A stretch of 64,000 nt of DNA, taken from positions 3,552,001-3,616,000 of the forward strand of contig OY843751.1 in assembly GCA_963693055.1 (NCBI GenBank), read 5' to 3'. Position numbers and translations under genes: made by a program. This DNA comes from a bacterium. GTDB lineage: Bacteria; Zhuqueibacterota; Zhuqueibacteria; Residuimicrobiales; Krinioviventaceae. Below, one piece after another: positions 30,640-40,321 of the stretch (positions within the stretch are counted from its first letter, which is position 1; every line of letters begins with the position of its first letter). The notes beneath the pieces are model-generated. The model was not told the origin of the DNA and did no database searches. It saw only the letters and a list, made by a program, of their open reading frames with translations.

Positions 30640-31585
30640 TTTTTCCATATGCAGTATATTTTTCAATATTTTCCTGATTCACCAGTTCAACAGCAATAGG
30701 CAACTTTTGCGGGAAATCGGTTTTGCCATTCAAATACTGGTCTGCCATTTCAGCAGCCGTACGGGCCATTACTTTGGGAAACTGCATGCCGGTTGCCATG
30801 ATTTTACCGTCACGGATAGAATCTACAACATCTTTGGCACCGTCAAACCCAAACACCATAACATTGTCCGCTTTACCGGCAGATGCCAGTGCCTGGTATG
30901 CACCCATAGCCATTGCATCGTTTCCACAAAATACCGCGTCAATATCGGGATTTGCCTGCAATATAGATTCCAATACTTCCATAGCCTTATTACGGTCAAA
31001 ATCCGCACTCTGTTGCGCAACCATTTTTATATCAGTGTAATTATCAACAACACTGTGGAAACCGCGTGAACGGTTCCAGGTATTATTGTCACCAACCAGG
31101 CCCAACAACTCTACATATTTACCTTTTCCGTCTAATTTCTTGACAAAATACTGTCCCAGGGCAACACAACCGGAATAATTATCAGAAAGAATTTGTGATA
31201 CAGCGTCGGTATTGGAATTGATCTCGCGGTCCATGCAGAATGTAGGTACCCCCGCTTCTTTGGCGCGCTTGACATTGGATATTGAACCCTCTGCATCAGT
31301 AGGATTAAACAAAATTGCCTGATAACCGGCGGCTATAATGTTTTCAAAATGGTCCGTTTCTTTTGCATTATCATTTTGAGAATCAAAAATGGTTACCTTG
31401 TAACCCAACTCACGAGCTCTCTCGCCAGCAGTTTCACCCAGTACAACAAACCAGGGATTGTTCAGTGTAGAGATAACAACTGCAATCTGTTTTTCTTTCT
31501 CCGCATTTTGACCGGCATCTTTGCTGCATGCGGTGAACAAGAAAACAGATATCACACTCAAAAGAATGATAATTTTTCTAGACAT
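30623..31585 (-). CDS. Sugar ABC substrate-binding lipoprotein (RbsB-like); probable D-apiose-binding
   Basis: Lipobox FTAC; [36 protein letters not shown]. Confidence 0.88.
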   Translation of the reverse strand: MSRKIIILLSVISVFLFTACSKDAGQNAEKEKQIAVVISTLNNPWFVVLGETAGERARELGYKVTIFDSQNDNAKETDHFENIIAAGYQAILFNPTDAEGSISNVKRAKEAGVPTFCMDREINSNTDAVSQILSDNYSGCVALGQYFVKKLDGKGKYVELLGLVGDNNTWNRSRGFHSVVDNYTDIKMVAQQSADFDRNKAMEVLESILQANPDIDAVFCGNDAMAMGAYQALASAGKADNVMVFGFDGAKDVVDSIRDGKIMATGMQFPKVMARTAAEMADQYLNGKTDFPQKLPIAVELVNQENIEKYTAYGKNEEKN

Positions 31586-31601
31586 TTTTTACTCCTGTTA
31601 T

Positions 31602-32363
31602 TTAGGCAATAATAAACTCTATACCATGCCTTGCAAATTCCTGACGATCCTGGTCGGTAATACCATCATCAGTAATTAGATAATTGATAAGCGACAATGC
31701 ACCCAAGCTGGCAAGTGATTGAACTCCAAGTTTTGAGGAATCTGCAACCAGATAGACTGTATTGGCCGCTTCGATCATGGCTTTTTTCACCGGCAAATCA
31801 CTCAGACTGGGGTATGTTAATCCGGCACGAAGGGTAATGCCTGCTGTTGCTAAAAACAATTTATCCACATGTACATTTTGAAAAAATTCCGCTGCCTTTT
31901 GCCCGGTAAGCGACAATGTAGGCGCCTTAAATTCACCGGCAGTAAGCAAAACCGTTATACCAGGCTGGCCACCAATGATGAGTGGAATATTGACTGCATT
32001 TGTCACCACAGTCAGATTTTTATGATCAACAAGACATTTGGCAACCTCTGTAGTTGTAGTGCCAGAATCCAGGATGATCGTATCTCCATCATCAATAAAC
32101 TCGGACGCTTTTCTGCCAATGCGCGCTTTTTTATCCATATTTTCGTTATGCTGAAAAGAAAACGATTGTACCTGGCTGGGCAGACTTTTTAAAAAAGCAC
32201 CGCCATGTTCGCGCATAATCAATCCATCATCTTCCAACCTTGCCAGATCCTGCCGAATGGTTACCTCTGAAATGCGAAAAATCCTGCTCAAATCAGAAAC
32301 CTTGGCGTTACCATCTTCTTTAATCAGATCAAGTATTCGTTGTCGTCGTTGTGAAGCAAGCAT
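31602..32363 (-). CDS. DeoR/GlpR-family transcriptional regulator of the apiose module
   Basis: SEVTIRQDLARLE..HGGA; IILDSGTTT; VADSSK. Confidence 0.93.
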   Translation of the reverse strand: MLASQRRQRILDLIKEDGNAKVSDLSRIFRISEVTIRQDLARLEDDGLIMREHGGAFLKSLPSQVQSFSFQHNENMDKKARIGRKASEFIDDGDTIILDSGTTTTEVAKCLVDHKNLTVVTNAVNIPLIIGGQPGITVLLTAGEFKAPTLSLTGQKAAEFFQNVHVDKLFLATAGITLRAGLTYPSLSDLPVKKAMIEAANTVYLVADSSKLGVQSLASLGALSLINYLITDDGITDQDRQEFARHGIEFIIA

Positions 32364-32401
32364 AGATAAACCTGATGTTACATATAATATCTCATTTGCC
32401 T

Positions 32402-32430
32402 ATTATACTCATAAATACATCAAAAATCAA
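32402..32430 (-). promoter_or_regulatory. Sigma70-type promoter for the deoR-ABC-apiose genes
   Basis: TTGATT (32430-32425) - 17 bp - TATAAT (32407-32402). Confidence 0.65.
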
Positions 32431-32439
32431 CAAAAATAA

Positions 32440-32484
32440 AAAATAATCGAAAGCAAATGAAAGGTTTTTGCTTTCGATTATTTT
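32440..32484. repeat. Perfect 18-bp inverted repeat (terminator after PL11 and/or DeoR operator)
   Basis: AAAATAATCGAAAGCAAA-tgaaaggtt-TTTGCTTTCGATTATTTT, immediately after the PL11 stop; T-rich tail on the minus strand. Confidence 0.75.
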
Positions 32485-32485
32485 A

Positions 32486-34339
32486 TCATTCACCAAGATA
32501 ATAGCTTATCATGGGTGAATGAGAATAACCCATAGACCGGTGTGTTACATCATTGCGGTAAAGTGGGTCCTGCATGAGACAGACGCGTCTGTCTTCTGCC
32601 GGAATCGTTGTTTGATAAATCCGCAATTCTCCATCTGTAAACGTAACAATCTCTTCACGCCAGTCACCGGCAATATCAGCGATCAATTGAACACCACGTC
32701 CCAAATCTTGCAGATAGGTTTCCCCCTGCCATTTGGAAACCGTGCCTCTGAATAAAATCTCTCTCAATTTATCACCATCCCACCAGACAAGGAAATCCTG
32801 CGGAGGGGCTTCCTGATCAATTCTTTTACCATCAGCCGTAAAATAAAAACGCTCGCCAGCAACTTCCATACCCGGAAACGCAGGATCAATATCACCGACT
32901 ATAGCACGACTCATTTCATTATCATTTGTTGCCTCTCTTACTCCAAACAACAGATCACCGGTTTTCGCGTCACGGAGATTTGCACCCAATTGTGGATGGG
33001 GTTCTTCAATAATATACCAGACCTCCAGCCCGGGATGTTCAGGATTAATATCCGACAAGTAAAAGCGGTCTCCATGCCCCAGTCCGGTGCACCACATGGT
33101 TTTTCCGGTATTGTCGATTGCAATGGATCCATTCAAAATCTCATCACATCCATCACCATCTATGTCTCCGGTTTTGATACTGTGTTGTCCCTGCCCCTGG
33201 TACATAAGAGGAGCGCGTTCATTGGTCCAGCGCCAAATCTTTCTCAGCTTTTTATTTTCAAATGCCCAGGCATCTATTTTCATCATACCATAAATACCGC
33301 GAACAACCAATACACTTGGAGTTTTACCATCAAGATAAGCAACTCCCAGCATGTGCCGCAAAGAACGGTTACCAGAGTTATCGCCCCAGTCCTGTACCTT
33401 TCCGCGTTCAATCCAGTCTACTTTGTCCAGCTCTTTACCGGTCTCACCATCATAAATCGATAGATATTCCGGACCGTCGATAACAAAGCCTTCCCCCCCG
33501 TCAATGGCCTCTTTTTGTGTGGCTGCATAAGGTGCGGTTTTTACACAAACTTCGGCTTTATTGTCACCATCCAGATCGCGTACAACCATGGGTGAAAACC
33601 AAATGCCCTGGTTGATATTCCAACCCAGATCAATGCGCCACATAAACTTGCCGCTTTTGCCGTCATAGGCATCAATCTTGTAAGAATCCTTGCTGGGACG
33701 TACCCGACCAGGATCAACACTCTGCCTTGGATGTTTAACCACAAAATCGTAAACACCATCTCCATTTAAATCACCTACAGCAATTCGGTCAACACCTTCC
33801 ACATCTTTTAAGGGGATAGAACGATATTGTGGATTGCTTTTAGCGGGATCAACAGTTACCTCTGCAAGTTTTTGGCTGGTCTTGCTGTCTTTTAAAACAT
33901 ATATGGTTTTGCCATCAACTTTGGATTTATCGATAAAATCAGTGGTCAAAGAAATGGGACTGTCATTCAATTGCTTTTCTTTTTTCTTTTTATCCATTCG
34001 AAAAATATTTAAAGCAATGTCATTATCATCAGAGGATAACAACCTCCACGACAAATACACATTACCGTCTGTCAGGACTGTACCTGTCAAACCGCGATCA
34101 ATCAGTTCTTCAATTCGCTGTTCAGCCCAACCCAATTTCGCATCAGGGTTATAAAGCGGATCAATTGCATAAAAATTGAGATTGGGTGGTATCTCTTCCG
34201 GTGTTATTTCACGCAAAGTATTGTCGTTATTTTCAGGCGGACGCGTAGATACCTGCCTGGGTGTATATTGCTCCTGTGCTATGCTATATGTAAAACAAAT
34301 AACAATCCAAATCAAAGTGCTAAAAACGATTCTTTTCAT
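32486..34339 (-). CDS. Rhamnogalacturonan lyase, PL11 (YesW/YesX-like)
   Basis: ATG 34339 with AGAGG RBS and signal peptide; LIDRGL, VYLSWRLL, GDLNGDG, WRIDLGWNI, AYLDGKTPS, QGQH..DIDGDGCDEI, GLGHGD, ADIAGDWREE, LMQDPLYR. Confidence 0.85.
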   Translation of the reverse strand: MKRIVFSTLIWIVICFTYSIAQEQYTPRQVSTRPPENNDNTLREITPEEIPPNLNFYAIDPLYNPDAKLGWAEQRIEELIDRGLTGTVLTDGNVYLSWRLLSSDDNDIALNIFRMDKKKKEKQLNDSPISLTTDFIDKSKVDGKTIYVLKDSKTSQKLAEVTVDPAKSNPQYRSIPLKDVEGVDRIAVGDLNGDGVYDFVVKHPRQSVDPGRVRPSKDSYKIDAYDGKSGKFMWRIDLGWNINQGIWFSPMVVRDLDGDNKAEVCVKTAPYAATQKEAIDGGEGFVIDGPEYLSIYDGETGKELDKVDWIERGKVQDWGDNSGNRSLRHMLGVAYLDGKTPSVLVVRGIYGMMKIDAWAFENKKLRKIWRWTNERAPLMYQGQGQHSIKTGDIDGDGCDEILNGSIAIDNTGKTMWCTGLGHGDRFYLSDINPEHPGLEVWYIIEEPHPQLGANLRDAKTGDLLFGVREATNDNEMSRAIVGDIDPAFPGMEVAGERFYFTADGKRIDQEAPPQDFLVWWDGDKLREILFRGTVSKWQGETYLQDLGRGVQLIADIAGDWREEIVTFTDGELRIYQTTIPAEDRRVCLMQDPLYRNDVTHRSMGYSHSPMISYYLGE

Positions 34340-34376
34340 TTCTATTTCCTCTCTGATTTTGAATAACAATCCGGTT

Positions 34377-36428
34377 CTATTGCTCAATTACCACCATTGA
34401 ATATAAACGGGTTTCGGGCACAGTAAATGTAATTTTCCCATTCTCTTCCACATATTCCAGATTTACAGGATCATCCAAATCCGGAGTAAAGTATTTGACT
34501 GATTTAATCTTGCCATCATATTGTTTTTGAATTGTGGTTGCAAATGCGGGTTCAGGTTGTTCGTTAAAGTTGATAAAATGTGCCAGTGTTTCACGGGATT
34601 CATCCCGGTTGAGCAGCTCCATAACTGTCGTGAGAGAAGCATCGCACGCTAATGCAATTTCGTTAGGAATATTAGATACCAGGGTTTGATAAATCTCGCG
34701 ATGATTTGCCGGCAAAACCCATTGCGGTGGTGACATTTTTTCACCTCTACGCAATGTTGCGCCCGGTTCAGGATCATCAACCGTAAAATCTACTTGTTTT
34801 TTCTCTTTTTTACCCGGTATAATCTCGGGTATATAAACAATCTTGCCCTTGCCTTCTTTTCTTGCAGGTAATAAAGGATTTGTATGTCTCTTTTCGCGCC
34901 ATCCGTTGTACTCGGCAGTATTACCGGCTATGACCAATATACCACCATTGCGAACATAATTAAGCAGCAATTCAACCTGCTCGTTCGAAACACATTCCTG
35001 TCCCGCCAGTACAATTGCCTTATACTGATCAGCACGATCAAGCTGTTCTTCAAACAGCAGATCAAAAGGCACTTTATGCTGAATCAGGATTTGTTCCATA
35101 AGGGTGGCCGGTTCATATGTAGCGTTAATACTATATGCCATTGAAGCCCAGTTACGGAGCACAGCAACATCTGCAACATTATCGGTTAATGTGTAAAACC
35201 GATCATTATACTCTCTAAAGAATTCCAGTTCAGGCGTAAAGGCATTAAACGCTCCGGAACCAAAAGGTGCGCCAACGGCTCCCGGAATCTGTTTCTGATG
35301 TCCGAATGCCATGTGCAAAACTGCTTCAAGGGGTTTGCGACATGAATTTTCACATCCGGTATTTAAACGTCTGGCTATCTTGTACGAACGGATCTGCGAG
35401 ATCAACGCACCGGTATTCTCATCGATATGTGCATCATAGCCGCCGGTATCAAAAGCCAGCAAATCTATATGGTCTTTAAAAAAGGGTTGATATACCGCAT
35501 TGGTCCAGTACCGGTTAAAACTGTAAACACCTTTGATATTGAAAAGCACAACAACATTGGGGTTCTGGCTCTTTACATATTCATAAAGATCATTGCAATG
35601 ATTGGCAAGCGACTTGCATCGAAAACGCACCCACTCTTGCAGAACCGGGTCATTTAACTCGCGTATACCATCCGGTTGGGTTTCGGATGACCATTCATTA
35701 ACACGTACCCATTCAGGGTCCGGAAGACCAAAACGGCGCATCATGGCTTCTTTTGTGGGATATTCCTCTCGGAGATAATCGCGAAACGCTTTCATACAAC
35801 GGGAACAACGACAGGATTTGGGCTCCGCCTGCAGCATGATATTATCAAAAGCAATCTCGTCCGCGTGCAGATCATTTATACCAATATCCAGTATACGTTT
35901 AACATAATCCCGATATGCCGGTTCGTTGGGACATGCATAATGCCGAAAAGTCTGCAATCCATAAGGAACCCATTGGTCGTTCTGGTCTCGCTGTTCCCAG
36001 TTCACAGCTTGGGGCACTTCACGATACAGCGTTTCAGTAAACATGGTACCTGCCATATAGATACTGACTTTCATACCATGCTTGTGCATAATGTCCGCTG
36101 TCGCAATAGCCTTTTTGATATTTGGCATTTCATATTCCAAACCAAAGCCTTTGTAGAAAAATATTCTTCCCCATTTAACTCCGGCTTTTGCCATATTGGC
36201 AATATTTTCGGGGGAGCACATGTCGCTATAACGTTGGGGTTCGTTATCAAAATGTCCTCCTCGCCGCATCAGGAATTCTATAGGTTCATGCGTTAACCAG
36301 GTAATATCTTTAGCTTGTTCCTGGTGTAGTTCTGCTCGTTTTTGCCATTTGGTTTTTGAATCATTATCAACAGCAAAAAGCTGTAATGAAAATAAAATCA
36401 CACAACATAAAATGATTTGCTTTTTCAT
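34377..36428 (-). CDS. Uncharacterised secreted glycoside-hydrolase-like protein (TIM barrel + GH42-like trimerisation domain)
   Basis: Signal peptide; ACPNEPAY, FDN..CRCSRC, EWVRFR; VPFDLL..YKAIVL..YVRNGGILV. Confidence 0.55.
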   Translation of the reverse strand: MKKQIILCCVILFSLQLFAVDNDSKTKWQKRAELHQEQAKDITWLTHEPIEFLMRRGGHFDNEPQRYSDMCSPENIANMAKAGVKWGRIFFYKGFGLEYEMPNIKKAIATADIMHKHGMKVSIYMAGTMFTETLYREVPQAVNWEQRDQNDQWVPYGLQTFRHYACPNEPAYRDYVKRILDIGINDLHADEIAFDNIMLQAEPKSCRCSRCMKAFRDYLREEYPTKEAMMRRFGLPDPEWVRVNEWSSETQPDGIRELNDPVLQEWVRFRCKSLANHCNDLYEYVKSQNPNVVVLFNIKGVYSFNRYWTNAVYQPFFKDHIDLLAFDTGGYDAHIDENTGALISQIRSYKIARRLNTGCENSCRKPLEAVLHMAFGHQKQIPGAVGAPFGSGAFNAFTPELEFFREYNDRFYTLTDNVADVAVLRNWASMAYSINATYEPATLMEQILIQHKVPFDLLFEEQLDRADQYKAIVLAGQECVSNEQVELLLNYVRNGGILVIAGNTAEYNGWREKRHTNPLLPARKEGKGKIVYIPEIIPGKKEKKQVDFTVDDPEPGATLRRGEKMSPPQWVLPANHREIYQTLVSNIPNEIALACDASLTTVMELLNRDESRETLAHFINFNEQPEPAFATTIQKQYDGKIKSVKYFTPDLDDPVNLEYVEENGKITFTVPETRLYSMVVIEQ

Positions 36429-36443
36429 CTCGTTTTATCCTTG

Positions 36444-38723
36444 TCAGTTATTAAGCAATTCCTGCAATATCATGGTGCTGTTCATATCTTTTATAGTCAG
36501 GTTTTTCTTGTTTCCGGCAGCATTCCATGCATTTTGAATATATTTCAGTTCTTTTTTATTCAAAGTAGTATCAATTTCACGTTTGGCATTGACCATATTG
36601 GTCAATACTACCCGTTTCGGTGCCAGTGATGCCAATAGTTGCGGTGTATCATAATATGCCAGCACATTATGAATGAACAAAAACGGACTTGCAGCACCAT
36701 AAGGTTTTAGTGCCAGCTCTTTAAAGGAACTCACCATATGGTCCAGCACTATATTTTCAATATTTTCATTCAATACTGCCGCATGCAGGGCCAGCATGGC
36801 ACCGTCTCCATAGCCATAAATATCCAATGCTTTCCCTTGCATATCCACACGAGATTCCAGATATGCTATTCCGGTCATTAAATCGTGTAACCGCATACCA
36901 AACAATGGTTTCTGCATTTCGTATGCAAAGGCGTTAAAATCTGCTTCATTGTCCTCTCGGCCGTAAATGATCTGATATCCCTTGAATACCGGGCCATCGT
37001 CACGGTTCTTTTGCTCAGGATGCGGATCAGCAAATTCATTATAACCCCGCAAATCCAGTGCAAAGACACGACAGCCGGATTTTGCAAGTTGTTTTATAGT
37101 CTCTATACCATTAGCTTTGCCACGTTCATGTACGTACACAACCGTGCGACCGGTTTCCCGATCAAAAGAATCCGGGGTCAGCATCATGCCAGGCATCCAC
37201 AGACCCCGTTCGGAGTGAAGTAAAATTCTTTCGAGTTTAAAGTCGTCACCACTAGATGTATTAACAATACGAGACTCTACATATGATGTCATGGAATCTA
37301 GCTTTAAAACGGTTTTAATTTTATCTGATATAGATTTTCGCAATGTATCGATATCCGATCTTGATTTTATTTCAGTAAAAGATGGGGAAATATCCTGAAC
37401 ATATTTTTCATTCAAGGTCAGTAACGATTCACTTCCCAATTCTTCAACAGAACCGGATTGGGTTACATTAATATCTTTAGCACCTCTAACCTCTACCGGT
37501 ATTTCCACATTATTTTCTTCCAGTTTATAAAATTTCTGGCTCAACCAGTGATACATGGTCTCACGGGACTCTCGGTTATAATTATGCGGTGCACCAATAA
37601 GATGATATGCAACAGTACGCTCTCTATCATCACCATACACACGGGTAAATACACCATTGATCTCGTTATACATATCTACCGAGGTATTTAAAATATCTTT
37701 ATCTCCGGTTGCATTGATAAGCAGCATATCCTTAACATTCTTCATCATGAGCAAATCAGACAACTCGAAGCCATATTTAATACGTCCGGGAATATTTTGT
37801 TCACCATCCAGATTCCCTTTGCCGGAATGCGGTACTGTTCCATAATGCCAATTGGCACATACGGGAATAACAGCGGTAATTCGGGGATCGGCGCCTGCAA
37901 CATATTGTGTTTGAGAGCCACCTCCCGATGCGCCGGTCACGGCAATCCGGGTTGTGTCTGCATTGTCAAAACCGCACAACACATCAATTCCACGGATACA
38001 GTCCCAAATAAAGTAATTCGTCAAATTATGTCCGGTGAGATGGAGCTGCAGGTTCAATGCAATATGCTGATGTGTTGCCTGCCCCATATCAGATTCCATT
38101 TCAGAATCGGGATTAAATAAAATCTTGCGTTCACCCTGTCCAAAGGGATCAAAGGCAAGAACAATATAGCCCAAACGTGCCAGCATGGAACAGCGCTGCT
38201 GCATATGGATAGCGCCTTTACCATCAATTTTGCCTTTACCTCCCCACCAGTGTCCGGTTGTACACAACATAAGCGGATAAGGAGCGGCATGGGTTTTTGG
38301 CACATACAGATTGGCTGTCACCAGGTAACCCGGTAAACTCTCGTATGTAATTCGTGACAAGTCATAATCCCCACAATCCACAGTGCCATAATATTTAACA
38401 TTTAATGGTGATTTTTCGGGAAAAGGTCCCACACACTCTGTATAGATATTACGCATCTTTTCACGGTATCGATCAAATTCGGAAGCATCCTGAACCGCAT
38501 CAAGCTCGATTCTTCGTTTGGCAAAGGAGGCATCCGCAATTTCTCCAAAATAATCCAGTAACTGCTGGTTTGGATCAGCTACATCCATACCGGGATGAAT
38601 AACTGTTATATCTTTTACCTGCAAGCCTGACAGGTCAACTGCATACCCCATAGAAACAGTAAATAAAAGGACAAAAAATAGTATGGGTACATTTAGCCAG
38701 AATTTATGTAAATTCTTTTCCAC
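36444..38723 (-). CDS. Secreted tandem alpha/beta-hydrolase (acetylxylan-esterase-like) carbohydrate esterase
   Basis: GTG start; YESLPGYLVTANLYVP, GH, FDPFGQGER, nucleophile elbow TGASGGG, HNY; second domain DLRG..GMRLHD..GYGDGA lacks the Ser. Confidence 0.7.
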   Translation of the reverse strand: MEKNLHKFWLNVPILFFVLLFTVSMGYAVDLSGLQVKDITVIHPGMDVADPNQQLLDYFGEIADASFAKRRIELDAVQDASEFDRYREKMRNIYTECVGPFPEKSPLNVKYYGTVDCGDYDLSRITYESLPGYLVTANLYVPKTHAAPYPLMLCTTGHWWGGKGKIDGKGAIHMQQRCSMLARLGYIVLAFDPFGQGERKILFNPDSEMESDMGQATHQHIALNLQLHLTGHNLTNYFIWDCIRGIDVLCGFDNADTTRIAVTGASGGGSQTQYVAGADPRITAVIPVCANWHYGTVPHSGKGNLDGEQNIPGRIKYGFELSDLLMMKNVKDMLLINATGDKDILNTSVDMYNEINGVFTRVYGDDRERTVAYHLIGAPHNYNRESRETMYHWLSQKFYKLEENNVEIPVEVRGAKDINVTQSGSVEELGSESLLTLNEKYVQDISPSFTEIKSRSDIDTLRKSISDKIKTVLKLDSMTSYVESRIVNTSSGDDFKLERILLHSERGLWMPGMMLTPDSFDRETGRTVVYVHERGKANGIETIKQLAKSGCRVFALDLRGYNEFADPHPEQKNRDDGPVFKGYQIIYGREDNEADFNAFAYEMQKPLFGMRLHDLMTGIAYLESRVDMQGKALDIYGYGDGAMLALHAAVLNENIENIVLDHMVSSFKELALKPYGAASPFLFIHNVLAYYDTPQLLASLAPKRVVLTNMVNAKREIDTTLNKKELKYIQNAWNAAGNKKNLTIKDMNSTMILQELLNN

Positions 38724-38737
38724 AATTCACCTCTAAT

Positions 38738-40291
38738 TTAATGCTTCAATTTCTTCCAACCTTTGATAGTCAGATTGTCATCAAGCTTTGATGATTTGAA
38801 CAAGAAACTGCTAAAATAACCAACGGCCATCAAAACCAGATGACTGTAAACACCCAGCATATACTTGTGCTGTGAAAAATTAAATTTGCCCAAATCCAAT
38901 AAAATCCTGGGTTCGTCTCCAATGGGGAACTTTGTTGAAGTCAACACGGCCCAACCGGTAAAGAGTATGCAGGCAATAATTCCAATATTTGCTCCCTGAC
39001 GGTTTGCCCGTTTGCTGAACAAACCCAGAATAAACAAACCTGCAATCCCTCCGGAAAAAATAGCATACAAGGTAAAAACAATACCCAAAACACCGGTATC
39101 ACCCGCTTTGACATACAGCGTAGCGACAATCATAGCTGCCAAACCAGACAATAATACCACAGTTCTCCCTATGACCATTTGCTGTTTTTCCGTACAATTG
39201 GGATTAAACCGTTTATAATAATCCTCAACACCTATGGCAGCAAGACAGTTGAGATCAGAATCCAAACTCGATATAGCTGCGGCTACCAACGCGGCAAGGA
39301 TCAGCCCGATAACACCCACAGGAAGTTCTGACATGATAAAAATCGGGAAAACCGCATCAGGACGAATATCCGCTGGTAAAACACCACTATTGATCTGATA
39401 AAAAGAATACAAGGCCGTACCAATAAACATAAAAATAGCCCAAACAGGTACGCTAAGGAACACACCCATCAAAGCAGCTTTAATTGCACCTTTTTCGGAA
39501 CGTGCAGTGAGATAACGTTGGACTATGGTTTGATCTGTTCCATATTTCTGAATCGCGTAAAATACACCATTCAGTACCATTACAACAAAAGTCAGTTTTT
39601 TAAAATCCCAATCAAAGGGGCCAAAACCCATTTTGTGGTTATCCATAGCAATTCTTATAACCTCAGCCGGGCCTCCCTCGGGTATAAAAAGTAGAAAAGC
39701 CATACAAAGCAACCCGCCACCGATGAGCATAAATCCCTGAAAAACATCCAACCAGATAACCGCTTCTATACCGCCGAGCAACGTAAGCACAACCACTGAT
39801 ACACCCAGCACCCAGATGATCATATAGGTACTGACGCCCATAATGTTGGAAAGCGCAAGGGCAAGCAAAAAGAAAACCGTACCCATTTTAGAAAAATGTG
39901 CCAGTATAAATGCCAGCGAGCTGTATAAACGCGCCATAAATCCGAATCTTTTTTCAAAATATTCATAAGCGCTTATACCGATAACCTGACGATACAAGGG
40001 TACAATAAATTTCACCAATGCAACCAATACAATGGGTACCATTAATCCCTGGACGAGACGTATCCAGTTTGACGCATAGCCTTCTCCGGGATATGCCAGA
40101 AAAGTCACACTACTGATCAAAGTAGCCAGTATTGACATACCCACAGCCCATGAAGGAATCGATCCGCTGGCCGCAAAATACTTTTTGGTATTATTTTGAC
40201 CACGCGAGAAAAACGCCCCAAGGCCCAATGCAATCAAGAGTGATACAAAAATGATGATATAGTCAATAATATGCAAAGCAGGTTGGTCCAT
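38738..40291 (-). CDS. Sodium:solute symporter (SSS; sialic-acid/sugar-acid type)
   Basis: ATLISSVTFLAYPG, YEYFEKRF, GGIEAVIWLD, GTDQTIVQRYL, AAISSLDSDLN; many TM helices. Confidence 0.9.
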   Translation of the reverse strand: MDQPALHIIDYIIIFVSLLIALGLGAFFSRGQNNTKKYFAASGSIPSWAVGMSILATLISSVTFLAYPGEGYASNWIRLVQGLMVPIVLVALVKFIVPLYRQVIGISAYEYFEKRFGFMARLYSSLAFILAHFSKMGTVFFLLALALSNIMGVSTYMIIWVLGVSVVVLTLLGGIEAVIWLDVFQGFMLIGGGLLCMAFLLFIPEGGPAEVIRIAMDNHKMGFGPFDWDFKKLTFVVMVLNGVFYAIQKYGTDQTIVQRYLTARSEKGAIKAALMGVFLSVPVWAIFMFIGTALYSFYQINSGVLPADIRPDAVFPIFIMSELPVGVIGLILAALVAAAISSLDSDLNCLAAIGVEDYYKRFNPNCTEKQQMVIGRTVVLLSGLAAMIVATLYVKAGDTGVLGIVFTLYAIFSGGIAGLFILGLFSKRANRQGANIGIIACILFTGWAVLTSTKFPIGDEPRILLDLGKFNFSQHKYMLGVYSHLVLMAVGYFSSFLFKSSKLDDNLTIKGWKKLKH

Positions 40292-40321
40292 TAACAGCTC
40301 CTATAAAAGTAAAAACGGATA

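Noticed and set aside
22674-31585. Glycerol kinase and ribose ABC transporter
   Set aside because: No glpD/glpF or rbsK/rbsD; the GDSHAA variant, split transketolase, DUF2291 and nearby GH140 fit apiose better.
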